Shown: piece after piece, positions 54,530 through 64,000 of the stretch | How positions within the stretch are numbered: the first letter of the stretch is position 1 | Layout: every line of letters starts with the position of its first letter | Virus record (IMG/VR): IMGVR_UViG_3300009103_000004 | Span: 103,190-167,189 of that record | Reading direction: 5' to 3' (one strand) | From: a virus | Length of the DNA stretch: 64,000 nt | Position numbers and translations under genes: made by a program | The notes under the pieces: model-generated | What the model saw: the letters and a program-made list of their open reading frames with translations, nothing else | Told to the model about the DNA's origin: nothing | Database searches by the model: none

Positions 54530-54990
54530 TAAAAATCATCCTTTCCTAGTTTGGCAACCGTTAGTACTTTGAACCTACCACAGTGGAACTTCTTGCCGAA
54601 CTGTGATATGCCTATGAACTTCCCAACGATTTCAAACATTTTTGTTAATTCATCCAGCTTTGGATGTCGTTCTATACTTTCATCCAACATAGCATAAATA
54701 TTTAATTTATTTCCAGCAGACACACCCTCAAATAAATCTACATTAGTTTTATTATAAACGCGCCTTAAGACATTTATTTCTGGAAACTCAAAACCAGGCT
54801 CCAACGCTAGGCTTTCCATGTTTACATTCAGGTCGAGATCTTTGGCTGCCCTAGCCAAGTCTTCTCTCCACTCTTTCTCGTTTATTGCAATTCTATTGTC
54901 TGGAGATCTTTTCAGAGTGCGGACCCCGTTTACCCGGGGCCCGCTCCCTAAAAAGTTTGTTGTCAGCTCTATGTTGATTTCTAGGATCAC
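54529..54990 (-). CDS. putative stand-alone RAMP (Cas7/Csm3-like) protein
   Basis: N-terminal IELTTNFLGSG, central FEGVSAG and C-terminal Gly-rich loop IGISQFGKKFHCGRFKV follow the RAMP motif order. Confidence 0.5.
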   Translation of the reverse strand: MILEINIELTTNFLGSGPRVNGVRTLKRSPDNRIAINEKEWREDLARAAKDLDLNVNMESLALEPGFEFPEINVLRRVYNKTNVDLFEGVSAGNKLNIYAMLDESIERHPKLDELTKMFEIVGKFIGISQFGKKFHCGRFKVLTVAKLGKDDF

Positions 54991-54991
54991 T

Positions 54992-57226
54992 TTACTTAAG
55001 CATTAACGTATTGTTAAAAGATTCTTCTAATAATGGGTTATGGTCGCAAACCCATACCTGATGATCTACACAACGCAACACTTCTTGTAAACTCTTAAAC
55101 ATTGAACACAGTCTCTCAACGCCTTCTTCATCTAAGTGTGTAGATGGCTCATCAAATGTTTGAAATCCTATTTCCGGAACAAGCTCTTGCTGCACGGCTA
55201 GCAAAAATGCTATGCACAACCTAACCTTTTGCCCACCAGATAGTCTGTTCATGGGAAGTCTAACATGTTCTTCTCCATCAAACCTCTCAAACACAAACGA
55301 TAGTAAGTTTTCTGGATCTTTTTCAACAACGAAATCTGCGTTCAAGATTGCTAGGTTTTCTGAGGTTAACCGAACAAGCTTGTTAAACTTATGATCTATA
55401 TAAGCACTGGGCAGCCCTTTCTTGGACAATATATGCTTTATAGACTTAAGTTCTTCTACAACCTTCAGCCTATTCTCATTTTCGGACATCCTAGTTTGTA
55501 TATCCCTGTACCTTTCAGATATTTTATTAAATGCCTCTTGTGCTTGTTTAGCTCTACCCTCAGCTTCTATTCTTTCTTTTTGTCTACTCTCAAGCTCTAG
55601 CTTTAATTTATCTGTAGACGAATCAATAAACATTGCCATATCTAACTTATCTAATTCATCAGCAAGTAGTCTTTCATTGTCTACAAGCTTAGTATTTTTT
55701 GTAGCACACACTGCTCGTTTGCTAACAATTAATGATTCGTTAGATGCAATTGTGGCGTCAGCTGATATTACTTTACTTAAATCGCCGTCTGCTTGTTTTA
55801 TAGAACTTTGAAGCTTTTCAACATTATCGTTTATATCTTTTAGTTCGTCAGATATTTGCTCTCCTATTGTAGCTCCAACCATTACTTCTTTTATTTTTTC
55901 AGCCAAAGAACTAAATGTTTTTTTAAGAAGATCTAACGTCACATGTAGTTCATTTTCCTTATCAGTTAATACTAGTTTACTAGCTTCGTACGCCTTCACT
56001 GCTTCAAGTTCATCTTCTATTACTTTTTCAAGTTCTAGTTTTTGTAAGACCTGTAACTCCAGTGTATTTTGTATTTTATCTATATCTGTTTGTTTTATCC
56101 GTTCTTTTAACGTTAAACCACACTTCAAGCATACGTTGTCAGCTGCCTCACACTGACTGTGTTGCATACTAAGCCACTCACCGTTCTGTTTAATATCGTT
56201 ATTAAGCAATGTAAGTTTCTCGTTTAGTTCCTCCAGATGACAGTCGGGCAGCTCCAGTTCATTTTTAGATTTAGTTGTCTCACCCAAAGCTTTTGTAGTT
56301 TCTTCTATATCTTTCTTGGTTGTAGTTATATCTTCTAATGTAGATTTATACTTATTTCTAATATTTTTCTTATCAATAAGATCTGATTTACTCTCAAGAT
56401 AGTCAGTATGTTCCTGCCTGAGTTTACTTATATGTAATTCAAGATCCTCTCTAGACGTAACGTTATACCCCACAAATATAGACCCTAAAGTTGCTTTATC
56501 CGAAATTATTTTGTTCTCTAATTCTTTTATTTCCGAAGAAGCTGTATCAAGATTGTTCTGTATGACCTTTGACTCTGACAGTAATGTTATAGCAGGGTTG
56601 TAATCCACTACACGAGACAGCTGTTTCTCTAGAAGCTCTTTCTCCACTACCGAGTCCATGCGTTGTATATTTATCTCATCCGATAAGCTTTGAAGATCTT
56701 CTACACCCACTGATAATGTTTTTATCTTGGTATCTATTATATTTGCATACCTCTCACAAAACGAAAGGTTGACTAACTTTATGAAAAGTTGCTCCCTCGC
56801 AGATTCGGTACCAAACAACAAATCATTCAAGCTGCCTTGCTTCAGAAAACAAGCATTTGATAGTGCCCGCTTATCTACTGACAACAAACCTTGAAGCGCG
56901 GCATCTATATCTTTAACAGCAGTTAGTTTATTACCGTCTCTTTCAAACTCTCGCTTTGGACTCTTCCCAACTTCTCGCTTTATACGTATCTCGGTACCGT
57001 CTTTATCTATAATAAGCTCAACAAAACCCTTTTTCTTTCCTATTGTTACAGCGTCTTCTAGTTTGCCGTCTAACTCTCCCGTTAGTGCATACTTTACTGA
57101 TTCTAGTATGGTAGACTTTCCAGATCCATTTTTACCTAGCAATCCAATTATAGGCCGTCCGTTTGTTTCAAAAACTAAACTCCTATGAATACCAAAATTC
57201 TTAAGTACTAATTTTTTAACTTTCAT
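54992..57226 (-). CDS. sbcC: SbcC/Rad50-like ATPase
   Basis: GKNGSGKS, Q-loop LKQG, coiled coils with CLKC hook, LSGGQ signature, FDEP, H-loop DHN. Confidence 0.9.
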   Translation of the reverse strand: MKVKKLVLKNFGIHRSLVFETNGRPIIGLLGKNGSGKSTILESVKYALTGELDGKLEDAVTIGKKKGFVELIIDKDGTEIRIKREVGKSPKREFERDGNKLTAVKDIDAALQGLLSVDKRALSNACFLKQGSLNDLLFGTESAREQLFIKLVNLSFCERYANIIDTKIKTLSVGVEDLQSLSDEINIQRMDSVVEKELLEKQLSRVVDYNPAITLLSESKVIQNNLDTASSEIKELENKIISDKATLGSIFVGYNVTSREDLELHISKLRQEHTDYLESKSDLIDKKNIRNKYKSTLEDITTTKKDIEETTKALGETTKSKNELELPDCHLEELNEKLTLLNNDIKQNGEWLSMQHSQCEAADNVCLKCGLTLKERIKQTDIDKIQNTLELQVLQKLELEKVIEDELEAVKAYEASKLVLTDKENELHVTLDLLKKTFSSLAEKIKEVMVGATIGEQISDELKDINDNVEKLQSSIKQADGDLSKVISADATIASNESLIVSKRAVCATKNTKLVDNERLLADELDKLDMAMFIDSSTDKLKLELESRQKERIEAEGRAKQAQEAFNKISERYRDIQTRMSENENRLKVVEELKSIKHILSKKGLPSAYIDHKFNKLVRLTSENLAILNADFVVEKDPENLLSFVFERFDGEEHVRLPMNRLSGGQKVRLCIAFLLAVQQELVPEIGFQTFDEPSTHLDEEGVERLCSMFKSLQEVLRCVDHQVWVCDHNPLLEESFNNTLMLK

Positions 57227-57797
57227 TGTTTGATAGTGAGTCCGTTTTTAAAGCAAACGCTGGAGTGTTTTTGGAAACACTCTCTTTTACTATGCCGAGT
57301 AATATTATGTTGATAGAGCTTTCAACCGAATCTTTTAATAATTTGGTGAACTTATTATTCAGTTCATATATTCGTTCTCCATCATGATCCTGAGAATACT
57401 CGAATGCCACTGCTAAAATATTCTCACAAGCGCTAGTCGCAACTGTTGCTTTGATTAACGTCGTAGACCTAGTTTTTTTTATTAACTTATATAATACACA
57501 AACAGCGTTTCTGCTTATTAGCTCGTCGTACGGGATGTGACACCCATAAAACTCATAATTATCATCTACCTTAAAAGCTAGAATATACTCTGGCTGCGAT
57601 ACTTGTTGGTATTTACCGGCCTCAGCGTCGTAAAAATAATCAAAACATATTCTAGGTCTGCTGTTAAGGTGATGACACATGTTGCCTACTATCCCAAGAG
57701 CGGGGCCAGGTAGGAGTTCTGTCACTCCGTCTTGCCCACCCCATATAGCATTTCCTACACTTAGTGCGTGCTTCAATTTTACTGCCTCTTTACTCAT
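57216..57797 (-). CDS. hypothetical protein between sbcD and sbcC
   Basis: ORF coupled to both neighbours. Confidence 0.65.
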   Translation of the reverse strand: MSKEAVKLKHALSVGNAIWGGQDGVTELLPGPALGIVGNMCHHLNSRPRICFDYFYDAEAGKYQQVSQPEYILAFKVDDNYEFYGCHIPYDELISRNAVCVLYKLIKKTRSTTLIKATVATSACENILAVAFEYSQDHDGERIYELNNKFTKLLKDSVESSINIILLGIVKESVSKNTPAFALKTDSLSNNES

Positions 57798-58863
57798 CTT
57801 CTAAAACCCCCAACCTGTCAGCTACAAATTTGTCTATTATAGAATTCACATCTGCATCTGGGTTTAATAGTTGAGATACCGTCTCAAATTGCGCAGGGCT
57901 GTCTGGTATAAGCGTTTTCAATATATCAGAAAATGTTAAATCTTCTTCATCGGCGTATTCCCCGGAACTTGCATCTGTTTTATTCATAACAGGCCGGGGT
58001 CTTATTATCACTTTATTAGAATCTATTTGCTTTCTGAATCTAGAAAGTGCATCACCGAGTTCCGTATTAAATCTGATGAACACCATAGGTTCCTCGTCTA
58101 TTATATTCTGCAGATACTTTATCCCTTCTGATATATCTCCCTCTGAGTCTACTAACATTTTTACAATTTTTCTCGTCTTAATGCTATGAGATTCAGTTTC
58201 CCATGTTTCGCCAGTTAACGTATGCACGTAAACGCGCTTTATATCCTCTTCGGGTTCACTTATTAACTCTGTAGATCCTGGGGAGCATATAGTCATCCCA
58301 TCTAGGTCGAAGCTCTGGTGTATATGAGTATCCCCTATAATTACAATCTTTGCATCTACGTTTGTGAAATCATCGTACGTAAAGCTTTTTTCACTTGGAA
58401 ACGTTGTAAGCTCATTAAACGACTGGTGCATTAACAGTATGTCAGTTGTCTTTGGTACGCATGCACCTTGGTCAAACTCAGACCTGCTGCAAAAAGTTTT
58501 CCCGTATATGGAAACACCGTTGATAACAAAACTCTCATCGTTAAGTACGCGAAAGCCAACGCTTGCATCATCCGATATGTTACTTATCCAGTGTGGGTTA
58601 CTATTGTCGTGGTTACCTATACTCACAAGGCACAACATATTGTGTTCCTTGAGGTACTTCTGACACTGTTTTAAAAACTGTATTGTGTGCGCTGTAGGCC
58701 TCACACTGTGTAGTATATCACCGCTTACAGTTATAGCGGATACACCTAATTCAACTCCTAGTTCGAGAACAGACCTAAAACCTTGCTCTATGTCCCTTTC
58801 TCTCCGGAGTAAACCATATTGCCGAAACCCTATGTGGTTGTCGGCGGTAGATAAAATTTTCAT
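57790..58863 (-). CDS. sbcD: SbcD/Mre11-like nuclease
   Basis: ADNHIG, SGDILH, GNHD, MHQ, GDTH, PGS metallophosphoesterase motifs. Confidence 0.9.
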   Translation of the reverse strand: MKILSTADNHIGFRQYGLLRRERDIEQGFRSVLELGVELGVSAITVSGDILHSVRPTAHTIQFLKQCQKYLKEHNMLCLVSIGNHDNSNPHWISNISDDASVGFRVLNDESFVINGVSIYGKTFCSRSEFDQGACVPKTTDILLMHQSFNELTTFPSEKSFTYDDFTNVDAKIVIIGDTHIHQSFDLDGMTICSPGSTELISEPEEDIKRVYVHTLTGETWETESHSIKTRKIVKMLVDSEGDISEGIKYLQNIIDEEPMVFIRFNTELGDALSRFRKQIDSNKVIIRPRPVMNKTDASSGEYADEEDLTFSDILKTLIPDSPAQFETVSQLLNPDADVNSIIDKFVADRLGVLEDE

Positions 58864-58865
58864 TA

Positions 58866-59195
58866 TTACTCATCTGATTCGTCATCTATTTCTACCACTG
58901 TTTCTTCTTCTGCATCTTGTGGTAATACATCTTCTTGACCGTGAGAGTTTTTCTTCTCTTCTATCAGTCTGTTTAATTTAACTGCTGTTTTTAAAGTAAA
59001 TGGTTCTATTGCAGAGTCTACGGCCTTCTTGACACGCGGCTCGGCTATTAATAAATGATCATCATCTAACAAGAAGGGAATGGTGGTTGCATATTCAATT
59101 TCAGAAAATGCCTCACCGCCACTCACTGGCTTGAGTGATAACTTGATTTCTAGCGTGTAAGATCCATCATCACACAGCTCTTCATTATCTGACAT
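58866..59195 (-). CDS. acidic hypothetical protein
   Basis: ORF track. Confidence 0.6.
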   Translation of the reverse strand: MSDNEELCDDGSYTLEIKLSLKPVSGGEAFSEIEYATTIPFLLDDDHLLIAEPRVKKAVDSAIEPFTLKTAVKLNRLIEEKKNSHGQEDVLPQDAEEETVVEIDDESDE

Positions 59196-59216
59196 GTCAG
59201 TTAACTATATTCAGGG

Positions 59217-59585
59217 TTACTCACCGTCAATCCTTAACTCTAAACGCTTTATCCATTTTGGGAGTAAACGTTTGTAGTCTCTGAATTTTACCCACTCTAT
59301 ACTACCTATACGTCCAACTGTTCCATGATTAGGATATATATCACCAGCGTCAACAGGCGCTGGCTCACTATCAGGACCTTTATGACTCGTAAACCATTGA
59401 GAGCTCAACACTTCCGGCCCGCCCCATTCGCCACGCCTAAAGTCTGTATTTCTTCTTCGACGTAGGTACAATACTGGTGACTTATTGATTACAGGTTTTA
59501 CTTTACTTAATGTGAAATCTGGTATTAAAGTGTCTTCAACATCTAGGTTTGCTGACCCAGATAACTCTATGTTTGCATCACTCAT
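59217..59585 (-). CDS. hypothetical protein
   Basis: ORF track. Confidence 0.6.
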   Translation of the reverse strand: MSDANIELSGSANLDVEDTLIPDFTLSKVKPVINKSPVLYLRRRRNTDFRRGEWGGPEVLSSQWFTSHKGPDSEPAPVDAGDIYPNHGTVGRIGSIEWVKFRDYKRLLPKWIKRLELRIDGE

Positions 59586-59588
59586 AAT

Positions 59589-61427
59589 ATGTATTTTGAT
59601 TTAGAATATACCGTTCGTACGGATGGCTTGTTTAGGGACAAGCTTACTAGGTTAACAAATAAGTTTCAAGATTTAACAAAAAAAGCGGACACCAGTAGCA
59701 AATATGTTTCAGAAGCACAGGATGTGTTAATGGAAATAATGCGCCTTTGTAAGTATAACCCAGCATACCTGCTACCTTATTACTTTCCGCAGTACCCTAA
59801 GACTAAACCCATGAGTCTTAGGAACTTTCCATTTGCATATCACTTGCTGCCAATAAATGTAGGTGGGTTTATGGTAATACGTGGGAGTAGACAAATAGCC
59901 AAGTCTACAACGTTTGCTGCTAGGCAGCGGCTTAACTCACATATGATACCTAAGTTTAAAAGTTTGTATATAGCACCTAAAGCAGATCAGGTTAAAACAT
60001 ACGCAAACAGGTTGCGTGAACTAGAGCAAGCTTTTAGGTTTCCAAACACTAGTCATAAGTATAGACAAAACTTACAGTATAAAGAGTACCCGAACGGGTC
60101 TACTATACAACTAATCAACGTTGATACTCAGGTATCTAGCGCGCGGGGTATGTCCACCGATGAACTACTCTACGATGAGTATCAGAATTTTGACCCCAGC
60201 TTTGAACCTGAAATCGACGAAATTCAACGCGCTTCAGAAATGCCTGTCACTATATACGCAGGCACGTCCCTAACAACTGATACAGCACTTGAAGGTAAAT
60301 ATTCTGATTCTTCCCAAGGAGTATGGATAATAAAGTGTCAGGGGTGTTCACACGAGAATATACCCACGCCAGAGGAAGGTGTTATGGATATGATACAGCC
60401 CAAGGGCGTATGTTGCTCCAAGTGCGGTAAGTTACTAGATGTTACTAAGGGAAGGTTCGAACACCTAGTTCAGGAAAAATTTGAACTTGGATTTTATGGG
60501 TTCCATATCCCGCAAATTATAGTACCCGCTGTAGTTAACAATAAAATACGGTGGGATGAAATATACAGGAAAAAGTTACACCAGGATCCTAGAAAATTTC
60601 TGCAAGAAAACTTAGGTATACCAACGCAAGAAGGAGAGCGTGAAATAACCGAAGCTGATCTCCGAAGAATTTGTGTTCTAGGTGAAGAGTTCGAACCGTA
60701 TAGACAAAAAGCACTTAACGGCCAGTATTACGCGGTATTTTCGGGATGTGACTGGGGTGGCTCTGATTATGATACCTCTAACAAGACAAAACTATCTTAT
60801 ACCTGTCATGCAATGCTTGGCCTTAATAGAAATGGCACTTTTGAAATTATACATGCCAAGCGGTACGAGGGAATGTCTTATCCAGCAATAGCTGACGATA
60901 TAATGGAGCGCCATAACAGTTTGGGGGGTCTAGCCCTGGGAGCTGATCATGGTGTCGGTTATGCATACAACATGTTGATGCGGGAACGCATGGATGCTGA
61001 ACATAATTTTATATTTAAATATGCAGGGCCTAATAGTGAAGTACTGCAAGAAAGTAAAACTATGTTTAACATGTATAGCGTTAACAGGACAGAATCTATA
61101 ACGTCACTGTATTACGCTGTCAGGAATATGCGTATAACGTCTCTGAGTTGGAACCGTATGGGGGAGTACTTGTCTGAGTTGTTAAACCTTATAAGGATAC
61201 CTAACGAGGCTCCTGGAGGTGCTACAGGTTTCTTATACAGAAAGCATGGATCGAAGTCTGACGATTTCCTGCACGCACTAAATTTTGCTTACATAGTAGG
61301 AAGAGTATTCCTGCTAGAAAATATAGTGGAAGATCGCTCTTTACTTGAGAGGATGAAACAATCTATGACTAGGAGCGGGGCCGTTCAAATTTCTCACATC
61401 CAGGGTGGGGAGGCTTTCAGTATGTAG
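59589..61427 (+). CDS. terL: terminase large subunit
   Basis: SRQIAKST Walker A, LLYDE Walker B, CQGC/CSKC zinc motif, GFHIPQ, GCDWGG and DDFLHA nuclease motifs. Confidence 0.85.
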   Translation: MYFDLEYTVRTDGLFRDKLTRLTNKFQDLTKKADTSSKYVSEAQDVLMEIMRLCKYNPAYLLPYYFPQYPKTKPMSLRNFPFAYHLLPINVGGFMVIRGSRQIAKSTTFAARQRLNSHMIPKFKSLYIAPKADQVKTYANRLRELEQAFRFPNTSHKYRQNLQYKEYPNGSTIQLINVDTQVSSARGMSTDELLYDEYQNFDPSFEPEIDEIQRASEMPVTIYAGTSLTTDTALEGKYSDSSQGVWIIKCQGCSHENIPTPEEGVMDMIQPKGVCCSKCGKLLDVTKGRFEHLVQEKFELGFYGFHIPQIIVPAVVNNKIRWDEIYRKKLHQDPRKFLQENLGIPTQEGEREITEADLRRICVLGEEFEPYRQKALNGQYYAVFSGCDWGGSDYDTSNKTKLSYTCHAMLGLNRNGTFEIIHAKRYEGMSYPAIADDIMERHNSLGGLALGADHGVGYAYNMLMRERMDAEHNFIFKYAGPNSEVLQESKTMFNMYSVNRTESITSLYYAVRNMRITSLSWNRMGEYLSELLNLIRIPNEAPGGATGFLYRKHGSKSDDFLHALNFAYIVGRVFLLENIVEDRSLLERMKQSMTRSGAVQISHIQGGEAFSM

Positions 61428-62312
61428 TTGGTACCTACGTATTAAAAAAGGAAAGCTTTTCTTATCGCCCTTACTACTAGAACTTTTTTCAGAAGACGTA
61501 GCTTCTACTGGTAGCTTTTTAATCTCCTCTATGGAAGGTACAGGAAGTTTTTCGTCAAGAGCCCACATTATCTTATGTTCTGTAGCCCATCTTGACATAC
61601 GTCTTATCGGCACTATTAAATTAAATCCCTCACCGGCTCCACGAACAACCATCCCGACATATACTCCGTCTTCTGTGTAAACACCACCACCTGAAGATCC
61701 TGGGAATGCTGTAACAGTAGTTTGATCGTATTCTACCTTCCCTAGGGTTCTACCAACCTGTGACACTATTCCAGTGGTCATTGAGTTCGCACCCATTTGT
61801 CCAAGAAGAGATCCTACATGGTACAATTTGGTACTTATTGGGACTATATGGGAGACATCATCAGGCTTACTAAATGTAGCAGAAGCCTTACCATAATCTC
61901 GTGCTCTTACTAAAAGTAATGCTAAATCGTGTCCGTCATCTGCGTCCGAATACTTTATAACGGATGCATCCATCTTTAACTCACCCACACGCCTACCAGC
62001 ATCTACGAGCTCTTTAACTATCTGCGCATCTTTGAACTCTACGACCTTTCGTGTAAGCCCGCGACTGTCTACAACTTCCCTGGTTGACTTTAGGTTGTCT
62101 ACTACATGGGCAGCAGTCCATACAAAGGTCACATTCTCCTCACCAATTTTTCTTGTTATCAAAACACCCGATCCTTCGGACTTTTGATATTCGCTTTCAG
62201 CCTTGATGGTTACAGATATATCTTGTAGATATTTTGCTATATCCTTTGGCTTATCAGCTAAAACATGAGTTGTTAGTATTAAGGCAGCTAGTAGTACAAT
62301 TATAGTTTTCAT
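61341..62312 (-). CDS. secreted trypsin-like serine protease
   Basis: Signal-peptide-like N-terminus; TAAHV, DLALL, PGSSGG catalytic triad motifs. Confidence 0.88.
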   Translation of the reverse strand: MKTIIVLLAALILTTHVLADKPKDIAKYLQDISVTIKAESEYQKSEGSGVLITRKIGEENVTFVWTAAHVVDNLKSTREVVDSRGLTRKVVEFKDAQIVKELVDAGRRVGELKMDASVIKYSDADDGHDLALLLVRARDYGKASATFSKPDDVSHIVPISTKLYHVGSLLGQMGANSMTTGIVSQVGRTLGKVEYDQTTVTAFPGSSGGGVYTEDGVYVGMVVRGAGEGFNLIVPIRRMSRWATEHKIMWALDEKLPVPSIEEIKKLPVEATSSEKSSSSKGDKKSFPFLIRRYQLHTESLPTLDVRNLNGPAPSHRLFHPLK

Positions 62313-62441
62313 ATGCTTCTTTTATATTATACGCCCCACTAACGAACAAGGCAAATAACTGATAGCGAAAAAGAAATGGGAGCTTGAACTATCTTTCGAT
62401 AGTTCGATGGGTACCATTAATATATGACACAGTACGTGTAC

Positions 62442-63005
62442 TTATTGCAGGCGGTCTACAGACGGTAGTTCGTGGTTGGTAAACCCTACATTTACCAGTT
62501 GCTCTGCAAGTTCGTTCCTTAACTGACGTATAGCACGTTGGTAGTAAGGAACTTGTATAGCTTCTTCAATCTCATCCATGTCCTCAACTTCTTCTTCTAG
62601 TTCTTTGGATATGAGATCATTTATAGGTTGTGTAAATTCCGTACCGGGGTGATTGAGTTCTACTTCATATACAGACCATAATATTTCTGGCACTGTTAAA
62701 TTATCGAAACCATCAAATCCCGGGTCACCCTCTATAAGCGTGTTAGCTATGGCTCTAAACGCAACGGGGTCTTCGTAGAAAGCATCTGTGGTAGTGGCCA
62801 GGAGTAGAGCTTGTAACTTCTCTGCAACCTCGTCGGACATCTCCATTTTATAAAAATCCTCTAGAGCTGAAAACAGTTCTAGAGGATCCATATTGTAAAT
62901 TTCTTCTCCGAATGTAGCTAGTGCTATTACATGTGCAGTAGTACCAAAAGTTGCGTCATCAGATAATGCCTTAAAGGCTTCTTTTTTGTCTATCTGGTCT
63001 GACAT
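62442..63005 (-). CDS. acidic hypothetical protein
   Basis: ORF track. Confidence 0.65.
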   Translation of the reverse strand: MSDQIDKKEAFKALSDDATFGTTAHVIALATFGEEIYNMDPLELFSALEDFYKMEMSDEVAEKLQALLLATTTDAFYEDPVAFRAIANTLIEGDPGFDGFDNLTVPEILWSVYEVELNHPGTEFTQPINDLISKELEEEVEDMDEIEEAIQVPYYQRAIRQLRNELAEQLVNVGFTNHELPSVDRLQ

Positions 63006-63017
63006 CGATCATCGCAA

Positions 63018-63404
63018 TTAAGCGTACTTTTTAGAAAGAGACTTATATCGCTTAGCCTCTTCCTCTTCTCCAGGGCTACCTTCGCCCCAAGCTGAGTGAC
63101 CCAGTCGTTTGTACAGGTTATAGTCTCCTACTCCTGGTAGGAAATTCATACCCCCCTCGCCCTCGGCATCCATTTGTTCTTTTCTAGTCCTAGTTGGACT
63201 AGCCCCAGCAGCTATCATTGCTATGATTTTTGGTAAAATCATCCCCGTTTGCATGGCCATACCCGTCTCGGTATTACTGAGGCCACCCAGCTCACCAGCT
63301 ATACCGCCAGCGGTCATTCCTATCAAGGGACTTAATGTTGAACCCGCAAACTCAGATGGAAGCCCTGCTAGTTTAAGTAATTGGTATTTTTCCTTGTTAG
63401 TCAT
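63018..63404 (-). CDS. NKEKY-tag family protein
   Basis: Starts MTNKEKYQLLKLA; Gly-rich hydrophobic body. Confidence 0.75.
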   Translation of the reverse strand: MTNKEKYQLLKLAGLPSEFAGSTLSPLIGMTAGGIAGELGGLSNTETGMAMQTGMILPKIIAMIAAGASPTRTRKEQMDAEGEGGMNFLPGVGDYNLYKRLGHSAWGEGSPGEEEEAKRYKSLSKKYA

Positions 63405-63405
63405 A

Positions 63406-63954
63406 TTAATTATCCCCGTAAGATGTTACAAAACCAGATTTGGTTGCATTACCTTCAGAATTAACTACGGCAGGTTGTTGTGGCGCCATGGGCGCAGGAG
63501 TCGATCCTGGGCCAGGGGGAGGAGCGAAATTAGAAGGATCAAAATCAAATCCAGATCGGTCTCCCAAAGGTTTGCCAGTACGAGGGTTTAAAGCTTGTAA
63601 ACTTTCTCCTGGTTTTAACTGGGGCCCGTGCCCTGGTGTCAGCGGGCCTTTTATAGCTGGTGAATTAGGAAATGGAGCATTAAAGACCTCTGGCCCAACA
63701 GGAATAGAATCGTCATCTTCATCAAATACAAGTCCTTTATCCCAAGCTGGTGCATCATCTCCAGGTTTCTTTCCTGGCGCCAGCGCTGGAGAGCCGGGAG
63801 TAGATTGTCCTCCAGTTGTTTGGCTGGGCGTTATGCTAGACGCGCCAGAGGAAATCCACGAGGGCTGATTATTCCCTACTCTATTAACAGCCCCAATATT
63901 AGGGTAGCTATTTTGAGGGCCGAAGCGTGGGCGCTCAAACTTTGGCTGAATCAT
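63406..63954 (-). CDS. Pro/Gly-rich protein (reading frame may extend beyond the window)
   Basis: DDAPAW echoes DDAPPW in the tag-family protein at 4818..5546. Confidence 0.6.
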   Translation of the reverse strand: MIQPKFERPRFGPQNSYPNIGAVNRVGNNQPSWISSGASSITPSQTTGGQSTPGSPALAPGKKPGDDAPAWDKGLVFDEDDDSIPVGPEVFNAPFPNSPAIKGPLTPGHGPQLKPGESLQALNPRTGKPLGDRSGFDFDPSNFAPPPGPGSTPAPMAPQQPAVVNSEGNATKSGFVTSYGDN

Positions 63955-64000
63955 ATTCTTAGGATGGTCTTTTATGCCAGCCGATGCTGGTGGTGTAACG

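Noticed and set aside
61341-62312. Trypsin-like protease as the prohead protease cutting K-x-A
   Set aside because: Its signal-peptide-like N-terminus points to export; nothing in the sequence links it to head maturation.
1-64000. Alternative genetic code, introns or inteins in core genes
   Set aside because: Long core genes translate uninterrupted in the standard code at expected sizes, and no intein or intron motifs were recognised.

Overview
Fragment of a large, AT-rich tailed dsDNA phage genome, almost entirely transcribed on the minus strand; the host cannot be identified from sequence alone. Right half: replication/recombination module (SbcD, SbcC, SF2 helicase, DnaB-like helicase, Toprim primase, UDG-like/PolA fusion polymerase, probable SSB, RecA-like, RecQ), a plus-strand terminase large subunit and a secreted trypsin-like protease. 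Middle: probable portal, Gly-rich putative virion proteins, guaC, and HD, TcmP-like, Bro-N and WGR proteins. Left: accessory cassettes, many preceded by a recurrent TGTGnTATATA promoter-like motif. Main unexplained signals: (1) a 71-nt tmRNA tRNA-like-domain-only gene with no mRNA-like domain; (2) 9-10 proteins with largely unrelated bodies sharing the N-terminal tag M[NST]NKEK[YL]xLxKxA, a candidate capsid-targeting/cleavage signal; (3) about 2.4 kb of hairpin-dense non-coding DNA in three islands, including a second tRNA mimic and an RNA loop antisense to the phage's own leader motif; (4) a stand-alone RAMP/Cas7-like gene inside the replication module with no CRISPR array in view; (5) a helically phased TATCA array and a duplicated leader pseudoknot. 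All calls are from manual motif reading; no searches or folding programs were run.
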